In this document: piece by piece, positions 1 through 13,756 of the stretch | Layout: every line of letters begins with the position of its first letter | How positions within the stretch are numbered: position 1 is the first letter of the stretch | Assembly: GCA_035084275.1 (NCBI GenBank) | Contig: CM068753.1 | Location: forward strand, 2,418,001-2,482,000 | DNA length: 64,000 nt | From: Hydrolagus colliei | Taxonomy: Eukaryota | Reading direction: 5' to 3' | Translations under genes and position numbers: made by a program | The notes under the pieces: generated by a model | What the model saw: only the letters and a program-made list of their open reading frames with translations | What the model was told of the DNA's origin: nothing | The model's database searches: none

Positions 1-340
1 TTTAATCACAAGTGCAGGCAAACAGTCCAAATGATGTTCCCTTATTGAACGCTCTGCTCTCATTGTTCAAATATGCGTCTAGCGCAGTTTCAATTGCTGT
101 CCTGACCTTTACTCAACCACATAATAAGTGAATTCAACTGATTTTTTTTTTCCTCTCTCTAACAAAAGGCGAAATACTGCAGATGCTGGAATTCTGAAAT
201 GAAGACAGATTTGAAAGTCGCTGGGAACACTCAGCAGGTCAAGGTCAGGCAGCATCTATGGAGAGTGGCAAGTGATCTGGCCTGCCTTTCACGTGAATAA
301 CGATCCTGGCATTTGATAAAGTACTATTGCATGTAATAAT

Positions 341-570
341 AATAGTAATAATAATCAAAATAATCCTTGTATTTGATATCGCGGCTTTTCACATCCTATC
401 GACTGTGTCTCAAAGCGCTTCACAGGATATACTGTAAAGTGAATTGACTGTATATATATATTTGTGGGAGAGCGAAACGCGGCAGACAATTGCGCACGGC
501 AGCATTCCCCCCCCCCACAAACAGTCGTGGATTGAAAATGACCAATTTTTATTATTGTGAGGGTTTTTTT
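341..570 (-). mobile_element. SINE 3' half; further partial copies near 4263-4460, 7905-8000, 11195-11295, 19155-19510, 19690-19840, 21820-21960, 27255-27370, 36410-36600, 43255-43400, 46900-47170, 52190-52350, 58100-58225, 58970-59130, 59495-59640, 60365-60431
   Basis: Shared core and tail motifs recognised by eye; boundaries are approximate. Confidence 0.8.
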
Positions 571-3500
571 TGGAGGTGGTGGGGGCGCGGACAGATAAAG
601 CATCTTTTCAATCATCTGTTGCAGCGCTATTATCTATTACAGTACTGTACTTTAATTGAAACATGAAGCAAACAAGATTCAAAACAAACAGATAGCAGGC
701 CATCCAGCCATGACCTTGTCTATATAATACAGGGGAATGGGTGGGGGGGGGGGGGGGGGGGATTTACAGAGATTTTCCTTGATTGGATTGTTATGTATGA
801 CCTAAAATTGCATGCAGGGGAATGTGCTTTCACTAGGTTTTTCCCGAGGAGTGCCAAAGCAATTAAACTACTACTAACTGTACACTGTGTTTATAATCGG
901 GCTGAGATGTATCACTGTCTCTCTCCGGATTGCCATTATCTGCCTTTTTGTTTAAAAAAAACAAGTCAGTGTTGATTTGTGTGTGCTGGAGAGCTGTTTG
1001 ACTTCAATAAGAAATTTACGGTTGATTTCTCTCAGTCCCTCAGGAATGTGTTGCTGCCGCGAGAGAGAGAAACGTTCAATTTGCGAGAGAGAGAGAGAGG
1101 CTCTAACTAATTATTTTACAGCACCACCCTGTGGATCATCGATTATTCACAGGCGCTGGCAGGAAAACAAATAAATGAGCCAAGCTCATCATTAATAATA
1201 ATGCATAATAATAAATAATAATAATAATCCTTGCATTGGATGCAGGAACCAGGGGGTTGGGGGGCTGGGGGGGTGAGGGAGGAGATGAAGGGCTACCCCG
1301 GTAGAAGAGGAAGTTTCTTCAAGTGTGATCTGAAAAATGCTAATGTAATATTTACTACAGTGTATTGTGGATATATCGTGTCAGCTCTGAAACAAACTCG
1401 CTTCTAACTTTTACCGAAAAACGAGATACTGTGGAATTCACGTGAACTATTTGGGTGAATTCTCTGATGTGAGGACATACGTGGCTGTAGTATTAAGGAT
1501 TATTTCCCCTCTCAAACCCCACCCCACCCCACACCACCTAACCCCCCCCCCACCCCATTTGCTGTGGACAAACTTTGCTATCAACCCTTTGCTAGCAAGG
1601 CTGTGTATATATAATCCCAACATTGCACCAACTCCACTAAAAACTGGAGGTGAAATTGGGTGGGGGTGGGGAGTGGGTGGAAAGATGCACTTTAAGTTCT
1701 TTGTTCTCTTTATTGGTTCTGTAATAAACGATCTGGAGCGAGTGATATCTCCGAAACTCCGGCCTGAAAAGCAAAACAAACTATTCAAAACAGCCGCGGA
1801 GGAGGGGACCACCAAGGAAGCCGACAGCTTATCGTCCAGGAATAAGCCTTCAGGCCATGTCGGAGATAAGAGATTGACATGAAGAAGGAGAAGGACGATC
1901 TCTCCTCAGGAGGACTCTACCGTCTTGACCATGTTCACTTGGTGACGTCCAGGACCTTAAGTGGATGATTGCTGGTGTATCTCAAGGGTATACGTCTAGA
2001 TTTCGAGCTATTCTGGACAATACTGATGTAGTTAACGAGAGCTCTCTAACCATCCCACCCCACTCCCTCCCACCCCTCCCCCCACGCATGTGTTTTATGT
2101 AGGATCAGCCGTTGACTTTGTGCTTTTAATCAAACAACCTCAATTATCTTCTTTTGTCTCCAACTCTGGATGTCGAGTTTTCCGCAGTTCTCCACAAAGA
2201 GCCCACAGCAAATCCACTGCAACGTTTCATTCCAACGTGTTTGAAGGAGATTGCCAAGTTTTCAAAAATGCCAGATACGTTGAGTAAAGTAAAAATCTAG
2301 AGCGGGGTAGAAGTTATCTGTTCAAAAACCCACGTTTACACGTATATCCGGTTATTGGTACAATAATAACGATGATAATAATAATAATACACGTATAATA
2401 ATGATAATAATATAAACGCACAAGAAAAGGATAAGAATAGCCAAAGGTTTTCTTTGAAACCAAACAGCCAAAAGTGGGAACTTTCTTGCCAACAAGGACT
2501 GAAATGCTTTCGTAAAAAAAAAATGCTCTGATTTTCTGGCTATTAAAGTAGATTTGTTAAAAAAAAACACTGTACAAAACGTGTAATTTAATGCTCTGAC
2601 TACACTGTTTTGCAGGCACATTTTTAAGCGTTTTGTCGACTTACTTCCTCGATGGCCCTTACATATGGGACGCTGCAGACTTGAGAAACGGCCAAAAGAT
2701 TATGAAGTATTCTGGATCGGTTGCAAAAAGTGTAATGATTCATGAGTTTCCCCCCCCACTCCCCCCCCACTCCTCCCCTCTCAACAAAAAAACTTTTCAA
2801 CCGTCCCAAAAAATAACCACAAGAGTTTAATGCCATATCCTTGCCTAATAATCATGTCACAAGTGGGAAAGCCCAGGCAAGTCAAATGCTTTTTAGAAGA
2901 TCTTTCTCAAGAGTCAATCAACTCGCTAACATACAACGACTGTACAGCAGTAAAGAGTATATAACATCTTCCCCTGGAACAATTCATTAGGATTTTCCAG
3001 GGTTTAAAAACCTTATTTTGAAATAGGAAATAGCATTTTATATTTCTCGCTTGAAAATCTACGTTGGTTGGATGGAAGCCTGGGCCATGCTATACGCACA
3101 GGCAGCTGACTTGCTCGAGAATCTCCGAGCGAGCTGAACTCAGATAGCTCAACAGCTATAAGAACATAAGAATTAGGAGCAGGGGTAGGCCATTCAGCCC
3201 CTCGAGCCTGCATCAAGGACTATCCCTTTTCATATCCTGGCAAATTCAAGGGATTATTAATTCCCCTCAAGGAAAAGCCGTCTGGCAATCAACTAACAAC
3301 CGGGTTCCTACTTACTGTCAGATTCTTACCCTCACTCTGAGACGTCGTCCGGCATTCTGGTGGAGGGCACTCGATAAATCCAAGTTGTTGTTGTGGTTGT
3401 TGTCAGCAAAGGCGTGTGAAACTCATTAAAGTCACTGATCAGGAATGGTTAAGGCACAATGGCAGGAATTGGGTCCCCACACCGAGCTTATAAAATGGCC

Positions 3501-5470
3501 ACGACAGCACGAGGAACTCGCTTTCCTTTTCCGTCACACGCAAAGCTAAAGGCCGAGTTAGTCTGATTTGTTCGTGACATTTCAGATCTGATGTTTTTAC
3601 GATCGACCAGAGAATTAAAAACATACTTCGCCTGAAGGAAATATAGGGAGGGATCAATTCCCCCCCAAAAAAACAAGGAATTGCATACATGGATAAAACC
3701 TCAAGATCTTAAAAATTTCCAACCGGCTGTTATTATTATTATTTTTATTAGTTGTATTATTAATATTATTATTATCCACAAAGATCAATAAAGAAGATTC
3801 TGTGTTTATGTAGGATTTCCACGTTTTAAGATCGTGTCTGGGAAATTCTAAGCAGTTGAGAAGCAGAGAGTTGATAAACCATTGATAACTCAGATAAACC
3901 CAAACGCAACAGAAAGCCGGAGGTTACATTTAAAAACGAGGGCACTATCTTCAAGAGGCCCGTGCGTTGGCCAAAAGCCTTTAGTTTTTGTTGAATTGAT
4001 GTCACTCCGACTTGTGCTTGATATTAAATGAAGACAGATTCACCAACATATCTTCATGAAGATTAACGTTTCTTTTCTCTTGCCAATTTCCCCCCCCCCC
4101 CCCACACCTCCACCCCCCCACCCACCACTTTCCCCATTCCAACCATCTGCAAATATACAGCAACTGCATTTAGCAACACTGTGGTGCACTGTACTTACTG
4201 TGACGCTCCCTTTGGTACGAGTCAAAAAGAAAAGTTTGTTTAATAATAATAATTATTATTATAATAATGAAAATCCCTGCATTTGATATAGCGTTTTATC
4301 ACATCTCGGAAACGTCTCAAAACGCTTTGCGGAATATGCCTGCAAAGTGAATTTGACTGTGTATTTGTGGGCGAATCGAGGGGCAGCCAATTTGCGCACA
4401 GCAAAATTGCGTATCCCCACGCAAACAGTCGCGGTTTTGAGTGTCTAAATTATTATTATTTTTGTTTCGAAGGAATTATTCTGAAGGCACATCAGTGAGC
4501 AACATAGGACGGACGAACGGGTTTTTAAAAATGGAAATACGACGTCATCTTTCAAGCTTCAAGCTTTTCCCTGGGATCCGATGTTGTCTCAGAACGTAGC
4601 TCTCTCGCTTTCTGCCGCGGAGTTTCAGGCGCAGATGTTACCACTTCAACCTTCTTGAGATTGAACTTTCTCTTTGGTGAGCTTCGCATTGAAGAAAATC
4701 AAACCCCGAGCCTCTATTTTTTTTTCTAACGTTCAAATCGTGCCTGTCAACTTGTCCTGTCCACTTAAACACAAACTGTTTTTTTCGCCCCCCCCCACGC
4801 CCCCCCACAGAGAGAGACACTAATGGGTGAGAGAAGGAGGAAATGACACAGAGAAAGAGGTGGGAAAATGGTAGGGTGGGCAGGTATGGAACACACCAGA
4901 TGGAAAGTTCATAAATCTCGCTTGCTCGTTGAAAATAAATGAGTGTGATGGATCGACACAGAGTACTTGTCTGGTTGAGGCAACCCACACAGCCTGCAGA
5001 GAATGTGATTGCATTGTCAAGTCAAGTGGGTGCTTGGCTAACTGTTAATACCTGCATTGGATCAGACCTGCCATGTAATATTACGTATACCATCAAAACC
5101 ATTTTACAAAATCCATCAATTTCACCAAGAAGTTTCTTTTTAAAATCTCGCCTTTCCTCCCACATGCCTCAACACCCACTCACCCACCCCTCCATCCCCC
5201 ACTCTTTCTCTCCCCACCCATCCACCTCGACAGTCAGTCAACTCAACAGCCTAAATAGTTGTTAGTGAGAGACCCAAAGCCTTAGAGTTGACGATGATGC
5301 TCAGGAAGGGAATGGTTGCCTTTGCAGTGGCCAGGGTTTTACGAAAAGCCCACACTACTGCTGAGAAAGAAACGATGATTAAAAAAAAAAACAGCTTCAC
5401 TTGCTAAACACTTTCTTTCTCTCTTTATTGGGTGATTCTCTCCATCTAAGACAGACAGTCAGACTCTTTG

Positions 5471-5513
5471 CCATGCCATGCCCTGCCCTGCCCTGCCCTG
5501 CCCTGCCCTGCCC
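5471..5513. repeat. (GCCCT)n pentanucleotide repeat
   Basis: Directly visible. Confidence 0.9.
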
Positions 5514-8500
5514 TCACTCCCTCTCCCTCTCGCCTTCTCTGTAAAACAGCCGAGGCTCTCTGAAGCGTGGGAAAAGTGTGGAATTTGATTTGTGCTTGTG
5601 CAAAAACCAATAAATTCCCTCAGTCCGGCCTGTCCAGAGCCATGACCACCCATAGGGAATGAGCTTTGATGTCACCTCAGCAAACGCCCCTACGCTACGG
5701 CTTCCCCTTCATCCCTATAATTTCTCTGAAATTAAATTAAAATTTTGTTGCTATTTTCTACTCTCTCTCCTCTGTACCAGGCATGCCTCAGCATCTCCTC
5801 AAAAGGGCAGCTCAGCCAAGAGCCAGATGTCTGCTAATCTGACTATACAACAAGCCACCCAGGGGAGACCTGTCCTTCTATGTTTCCTACTCTTTCCCCC
5901 ACAACCCCCACTCCCCTCCCCACCCCCTCACTCCCTCCCAATCACCATAACACCTCCCTGGACCCTCACTCCCCCACCCTCCCTACCTCTCTCCCTCCCT
6001 CCCTCCCTCCAACCCACCCAACCCACCCAGCCCGCCTTTGGCTCCAACCCATAACTTATGACTGAAGCCAGAACAGGAACTCAACACTGTGGGGAATTAA
6101 TGGATGCAAATCTATGTCCAAATTTCTCTGTGATGATTACATCGCTGGACTCCGTCAAGGCCTGGTTCTGAAAGCCGGGCGGCGTTTGATTCTGTTGTTT
6201 GGAGGAAATGGTTCCAGGCTCAAGTCCAACTGGGTCTACATATTTCCAGCAGTCGGCATTATCGTATCTGGAAAAGGCGAAACTTTTTAACCCTATAAAA
6301 CTGTTAGACGCACAAAGGCGACTGCCATTCCATTCGTCCATTATCCCCGTTCCCCCGAACGACGCTACCCGAGAAAAACACTCCAAAAAAACTGCCACGT
6401 CAACTATTGGAACCATTACAGAAAGGAACCCTAATCTCTGCTACTCACATGCCCGGGTGTCACTGTGTCTCTCTGCCAGCCCAGGACAAGTCTCGGGGGA
6501 AATGATAATAACGATGGTAACAGAGTTAGCGTGGGAAGCGACAACAAATGGCCGTGTTTACACACGGTCTGTCCTTCACGTCAGGCTGACGTCCTAAGTC
6601 GGGATCAGTGGGGATGGAGGGCGGGGAGGGTTAGGGTAGGAAAAGAGGCCGGGGTCCGATGGAATGGTGGAACGGACTCTGAGGGGCTGAATGGCCTAAC
6701 TCCTGCTTGCTCCTATGTTCCTGTAGATACACGGACCTCTCCACGTTTGGTCCAGACTCTCCTTGTCAGCTCAACAGGTTTAGTCGGGTATCACGTGGCT
6801 GAGCAAATAAACAAAAATGAAGATAAATCCTCAATCCTCACAGTAGGACTCGGATTATGATGGTGTCACTCGGTGAAACAGTGGGTTTTAATGTCCAGTA
6901 AACGAACATTCCCTCCTGCTTTATTCAGGTGAACATTAACGACAAGCGCTTTGAGACACAGACTAGTAGACGAGAAAAGCGCCGTGTCAAATGTAAAGAT
7001 TATCATTATTATGATGATTTATCAAAACATGGGGGGAAACTACTGTGTAATTTGTCTGGGGGAGGGACGTTTAATGAATAACTTCTCCGCGGTCATGAAA
7101 ATCACCCACACCAAACCCCACCCCACCCCCTCCCCCACCCCCACCCCCACCACAATTTCTACAAAATGGTTTGTAGCGACGATATTCGAATTTGTAATTT
7201 TCGAATGGACGTGTCGGAAAGAACGAAACGTTTATTCTTCTCGAGATAAGTGCGGCCATTAATTTTCAGCTGAGAGAGAAAGAAAGCCTTGTTTACGGCC
7301 CCCGACGTGGCAATTGCTAAACATCTGAAGCACAGAGCCCGATTACGTTACAAATCACTCCGTCTGACAACTGTTAAACAAGCCAGAGAAACCGAAACCC
7401 CACTAAGCATGTGCTGGTGAATACTGCGTCCGTTTAAACCCTCAGAGAGAAAAAAACAGGATTAAAAATGATCTGAGATCCAGAACCTTTCCTCGACTAG
7501 TACGTAAAAATAAAACGGCAGGTGGGTAGGGAGTGGGACACATACACACACACACACCACACTCACACTCACACTCTCAATGAAGTGCCCTATCTCTGCC
7601 CTGATACAGGTTAAATCCTTGGTTCTGTTTCCGCACTGAATATTATTGTAGAAACTGGGGAAAGGTGTTTTTTTAAGAGAGAATGTGGCTCCCAGAATAG
7701 TTGTATTACTGTCTAACAGCACTTTAAATATCTATTGATGAAAACCTCGGTACAATTTACACTCACGGATTGTGTGGGAGAGAACGAGAGAGAAAGAGAG
7801 GGAGATAAACACACACAAACACACAGACACACATGTACAGATTCATTATACTGAGGCATGGAAATCCAAACACCCTGAATGTTCCCACATTAATCTGCTT
7901 AACAATAATAATCCTCGCGTTCAGACATAGCGCCCGGTCACATACTTCGAGATGTCTCAAAGGCCTTCACAGGACAGACTGCAAAGTGAATTGACTGTGT
8001 ATTTCACATCGATTGTTCGCGTTGATGTGAAGTGGAGCTGAGCTCAGCCGAGGCTCGAACGCAAGGATTATTAGTGGCGGAGGTGAGATGCTGAACGCGA
8101 CACATGTTTCATTTCGACGTCCAGCCAACATATCCTTCTCAGCCAAACTCGCCACAGAATCCATAGGCATCTCATCCAGGTGCAGAAATGGAGCCTTGTT
8201 GTGAAACCTACTCAGGAATGTCGTGTGAGATCCTTTCAACTTTATGATGCAAACACTGTGATGTGAAAGGACGACGGGGGATGGGTGTGTGGGGGGGGCG
8301 GGGGGGGTTATGTGGGGGCTGGGATTTGGGGAGAGGTGGGGGAGAGTTGTGGGAGGATAGAGAGTGAAGGAGGGTCTGGACATCGATGGCACAGCCAGTG
8401 GTTGTGGTTTCACAGCGCTATCTAAGAGAGTTATCCAAGCTACAGAATTCTGGTTTGGTCAGCCTGTGTCTGACACTCGTCACCATTTGCTTAAGAGTCT

Positions 8501-8524
8501 CCGGACTCCCAAACTGAGATTTCC

Positions 8525-8718
8525 GTTGCCTGAAAAGGTGGTGGAGGCCGATTCGATAACAGCTTTTAAAGGAGAATTAGATCTTTATTTAGGGAGAACG
8601 GGTCTGTTAGGTTATGGGGGGACAGTGCAGGGCAGTGGGATTGAGTTGCTCTTTGCAAAGGCACAGACTAGATGGGCCGAATGGCCTCCTTTTGTGCCGT
8701 AAAATTCTATGGATCTAT
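8525..8718 (+). mobile_element. CR1-clade LINE 3' end; related tails at 3158-3212(-), 6655-6725(+), 10735-10868(+), 30575-30660(+)
   Basis: LPEKVVEADSITAFKGELDLYL is the CR1 ORF2 C-terminus, followed by the ATGGGCCGAATGGCCTCCT...TTCTATG tail. Confidence 0.8.
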
Positions 8719-9250
8719 GATCCTGCCCTGACCGCCCCACCCCCCCCACCGCACTTGTCCCTACCTAACTGTACAGTGCCTTGGGATGTCCTCTCGACGT
8801 GAAAGGCGCTATATAAATATAAGTTTTGATTGATTAATTGATTGATTGATTGATTGTGATATTGCTGTTGGACACGATGAAGACGTGGCTGGAATGGCAT
8901 ACTGTATGAGTAAGAACTTGTCTGTTTATGCTGGTGAGGTATGAGGATGTCTACAGATTAGACACTCAGGCTAGAGAGCTCTCCAGAGACTATAACAGAA
9001 AGGCAGAAAGAGAGAGAGAAGCAGACTCAGACACAGACAGATAGAAAGGAAGAAAGATACAAACAGACAGATAAAGACCAGATAATGGTAAATAAGTGAT
9101 GAGCCACAGAGGAGAGGGCGACAGCCTTTTTTAAAATACAGTAGATTATTTTTGCTAAGACTGGAGTAAGGGGAGGAGGGGATGGGAGGAGTGGTGGTGG
9201 TGGGGGGGGGGGAATATGAGTCATTATTGGTGATGGATTTCCGCATTCGT

Positions 9251-9628
9251 GGAGCTCCTGTGTAGCTCGGTGCTTAGAGCACTCGCCTTACAAGCGAGAG
9301 ACCTGGGTTCGATTCCAGGCAGGTCAGGGCGAAACCTTGGGCAAGTTTCCTTACTCCACACACACACACACACACACACACATGCCTGATAATAATCCCT
9401 CAAAACAAACAATAATAAAAATGATCATATCAATCTTCGACTATTTGTTTGTGTGTGGGGGGGGGACGCTGCTGTGCGCAATTGGCTGTCGCGTTTCACC
9501 CACAAATATATATACAGTCAATTCACTTTACAGCATAATCCGTGAAGCGCTTTGTAGATGTTCTCGAAGAAGACGTGAAAAGCCACTACTATATCAAATG
9601 CAAGGATGATTACTACAGTATTATTACT
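9251..9628 (+). mobile_element. tRNA-derived SINE, full length (Deu-like core, L2-type tail)
   Basis: Head GGAGCTCCTG..TAGCTCGGTG (A box), GGTTCGATTCC (B box). Core GCTGTGCGCAATTGGCTG..CGCGTTTC. Tail GTGAAGCGCTTTG...TATATCAAATGCAAGGA(TTA)n. Repeated many times in the window. Confidence 0.9.
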
Positions 9629-10377
9629 ATTGGTTTAGACCTAGCTACCATTGCACTAATTATTATTATTCTTGTTATGTGTCAGACAACTGGCTGGGCA
9701 AACAGAAAAAATCAATGGTGACATTCTCCGTATGTAATCTTGTTGTTGTTGTTGTTGTTGTTGTATTCGGCAGCTCTGGAAGTGGGTGAACGGCGGAGAC
9801 TTTTGAGCGCGCAATGGACGCCCCCGCGAATAACGTGACAAATTGACCGACTTGAACACCTCTGTGAAGATACGGACGAGAATACCATACGCCGACATCT
9901 GCTTCCTTGCTTGGCAGAGAGGAACGAAAAAAAATCCCATTGCCCTGCAAATGATACTCGACTTGCATTGGAGTAGGTCACTGATAAGATCAGCCCAAAC
10001 ATTGGTGCCAAGGATTCTCCCTCATCCCCCACCCCTCCACCCCTGACATTAATGTCGGAGAGAGAAAGAGCGCTTGTTAAAACTGTATTTTTTTTTTGGT
10101 GGGGTGGGGGCGTTGAAGTTGGTTGCTTTTGGAGAAATTCCACGTATCTTCCAGGCTGTGTGTGTGGTTCCTTTGTTGTCCTCAGAAGTATATCTTCGGG
10201 GGTTGTGTCAATATATTTCCCCAGCATCACTCACAGCGTGCAATGTTCTCTCTCTCTCTCTCTCTCCCAGTGTGTGTGTATGTGTGTTTGTGTGTGTGTG
10301 TCTCTTCCATAAATGGTAGTTTGTACATTCTGTCCCTTTATCTCACTCATCTGTTCCACGAAACAACAGAGAGAGAC

Positions 10378-10408
<31 letters not shown>

Positions 10409-11940
10409 TGATGTGCTTTCAGCTGTGAGATGCGCAAACAGTTCAAAGCTCAAACCTATTCCAGGACCTATTAAGCTAGAAACTCCATCTGTGGACACCT
10501 AATGTCATCCATTCCATTTCCCCTGCTTTTCTCTCACACTTTGGCTGCAGGAATATTCATTGGCTTGAGCAGGAAACGATGAAGAACTGAGAAAATTGTC
10601 ACAGGATAAAGTTCCATCCATTAATTCCCCCACAACCCCCCCCCCCCCCCCACAACCCCCCCCCCCCCCCCCCCCACCTCCCTACCCTCTACCCATTTGC
10701 GTTTTATCGCTCGTGTGAAAGATTTGGCTGGTTGGAGACGCTACTTCAGTGAGCGAGCAGTAAACTTGTGGGACCAGGATAGCTCCTCTAGGGAGCTAGA
10801 CTGCGGAAACAGAGGCAAATGTGAGATGGAAGTCGGTCTTCTCTCACCAGCAAATTCTTATGTTCTCACTCGTTTGCCAAACAACTATCATCCCAAGTTT
10901 CATATAAACTTTTCCCAGAGATAACTCGGTCCACATCTGAATCCATTCCCATGCTAAGTAGGTGTCTGGCTGACTGTGAGGTCCTATTATTTTTCACTGC
11001 GTCGTAATACTTTCACGGCATTCAGACGAGCAAACTATGGCCTTGACAAGGTGATTTGGCCCAGGCCATTGTCAGTTGGATTCCAACCACATCGTATATT
11101 AGCCGGCCACCCAGATATGCAACAAACGATCATGAAGTCTGTGGAAATATGTCAATAATTAAGTCGGTTTTATGATTAAATCATGTTTCGTCCAGAAAAC
11201 ATACAGCCAATTCACTTTACACTGTGTCCCGCGAAACGCTTTGAGATGTCTGGAAGACGCGACAAAGGCGATGTATCAAATACAAGGATTATTACCTTTT
11301 TTTATAATTATAATTGTTGGGTGGTGGGGGGTGGGGGGTGGGGGGTGGGGGGGTAGGGGCCACAAACCAGGTTAGTGTAAAACCAGCCAGTCACTAGCTC
11401 CTTTGCTAACGTCTCCCAAATTGATAAACCAACCTGTTGCCGAGACGAGCTGAGAATAGTGTGTCAGTCAACATAACCAACTTCATTTCTGTCATTTCTG
11501 GGCGTCAAAAAAGTTACCCCCCACCCCACCTCCTCACCCAGGGACGAGTTGAAATCCTACCGTCTTTCCACAACCCCGACAAAATGAGACATAAAAAGCA
11601 TCAAATTCCTGTCCAGTAATATGGTTTCCTCTATGACCTCGTCACTTTGGATGGACCTTGATTGTAAATCCCTGGAACCTTTCCCGAGGTATCTGGTTAC
11701 TGTGGAGAAGAAGCTTTTGATGGCCTCTGTGACTGTTTGACTCGATGTAGGCAATGCGCTGCTCCCATCGGAACCCTCTTTGTAATCTTGCAAAACCTCA
11801 CAGTTTACTGTAAAAGGCAATATGTGGGTGAAACCACAAAGAATGCACATCTGGTCCCTGTTCTTTCCCATCCTCCCAACACGCTAACCTTGGTGCAAAG
11901 CCCCTGCGAAGAGTCAACCGGGAAACTGTGACGGACTTGT

Positions 11941-12593
11941 TAATAATAATGATAATAATAATCCTTGCATTTTGATGTGGCTTTTCACGTTCTCTAGACC
12001 AGCGATTCTCAACCAGGGGTACATGTAATTACTACTCAAAATGACTTCCAGGGGGTACAGATGGAGACACATTGATGTATTTCGCTCTCTTATTTAATGT
12101 TTTATAGCTATTCCAAATTGTATATTTAACTGTTATTCCCCTGGTTGTGTATGTCGCTAGTTATTTTGTTTGTATAAGAAAAGCTTGGTCATAAAGTGCA
12201 AGTGGAATGAGGAGGGTGGTGTGTGTGTGTGTGTGTGTGGGTGGTTGGTTGGTGGGGTACACGATAATGTTGAAAATTAACAAGGGGTACATTACTGAAA
12301 AGTGTTGAGAACCACTGGTCTAGACTATGTCTCAAAGCGCTTCACAGAATATACTGTAAAGTGAATTGACTGAAGATTTGTGGGCGAAACGCAAACAGCC
12401 GATTGCGCACAGTAGTATCCACCACAAACAGTCGTGGATTGACATGACCAATTTTATGATTGTGTTGTTTTTTGGAGGGATTATAGTTAGGTGTGCGTCT
12501 GGAGTAAGGAAACTTGCCCAATCTGCCTGAATTCGAACACAGGTCTTGCGCTTGTAAAGCGAGTGCTCTAACCCACTGAACTCCAGGAGCTCC
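11941..12593 (-). mobile_element. Same SINE family, full length, interrupted by the hAT MITE
   Basis: Tail at 11941-11999 resumes at 12326 and runs to the head GGAGCTCC at 12593. Confidence 0.88.
12000..12317. mobile_element. Non-autonomous hAT/Charlie-type DNA transposon (MITE)
   Basis: 14-bp TIRs CAGCGATTCTCAAC / GTTGAGAACCACTG (12/14 match). 8-bp TSD CTCTAGAC (11992-11999) / GTCTAGAC (12318-12325) fits the NTCTAGAN Charlie target. No ORF. Confidence 0.9.
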
Positions 12594-13407
12594 AGTGAGG
12601 TGACGGGAGAGGCAGAGAGAGGCAGAGAGTGAAACTTTCAAGGCTTTCCATTCTTAATCGCTATCCAATAATCCTTGCGCCGATATCGGGCTGGAAACAA
12701 AATCAGGTTTCAACTGCGACACCCCCTTCCAAGAGAATAAACCTGTCAGATTGACATAAGCAAATTGTCACTCGGAAACAAATGAGATTGGCTAAATCGA
12801 TTGGATTGCCTTGGTATTTACCTGGAAATATGTATTGAGAGTTAAATATAGCTTTCGAGTAATCCTGGTGAAATCAGAAACCGGATGTTTCTCTTCCCAG
12901 CGCTGCCATTTATTATTATAACACAAACTAGATGACACTGGCCCCAAACCTGGAAACCTATTATCAGATAAGTTACACTCCATACTGGCCGGTTTGATAC
13001 TCTTGCACTGACTGTTATGTTTCACGGTGGGTGGGTGAGTGAGTGGGAGGGAGGTTACAGTGTGTTGGAAAAGGATTTGGAGAGGAGAGAGTTTAACCAC
13101 AGATATTTTCTAACTGTTTGTTTCTGTACCTGTTTGGGGTTGTTCCATCTCTCACAGACTGTGAATATCTGTGGGAAAGCATTGCGAAGCGTTTTGTTTT
13201 TCCACATTTTGTAAGATCAGGCTAATTTATAATTTAGTAATGATATATGATTTATATTCACCGATATAATGATGTATTATTTATGATTTAGCAATTTATA
13301 AATCGCCTTTCGCCCACAAAATACGCAGCCAATTCACTTCACACCCGACACCTTACATTCACTTGTATATTTCTGTGAAGTGCTTTGGTGAGACGTCTCA
13401 AACAAAT

Positions 13408-13756
13408 TAATAATAAATAATAATCCTGGCGTTTGATATCGCGACTTTTCACATCTTATCGACGTCTCAAAGCGCTTCACAGAATGTATTGTAAAGCGAA
13501 TTAACTGTATATATTTGTGGGCGAAATGCGGCAGCCAATTGCGCACAGCAGCGTCTCCCCCCCCCCCCCCCACACACAAAAACAGTCGTGGATTGAAATG
13601 ACCAATTTTATTATAGTTATTTTTTGGAGGATTATTAGGCGTGTGTGTGGAGTAAGGAAACTTGCCCAAGGTTTCGTCCTGATTTGCCTGGATTCAAACA
13701 CAGGTCTCTCACACTTGTAAGGCGAGCGCTCTAACCCACTGAGCTACAGGAGCTCC
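13408..13756 (-). mobile_element. Same SINE family, full length, nested in an older + strand copy (13300-13800)
   Basis: Complete head-core-tail. The older tail is split across it (GAGACGTCTCAAACA...CAAACAGGTGATAAGGCG...AAGGATTATT). Confidence 0.88.
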
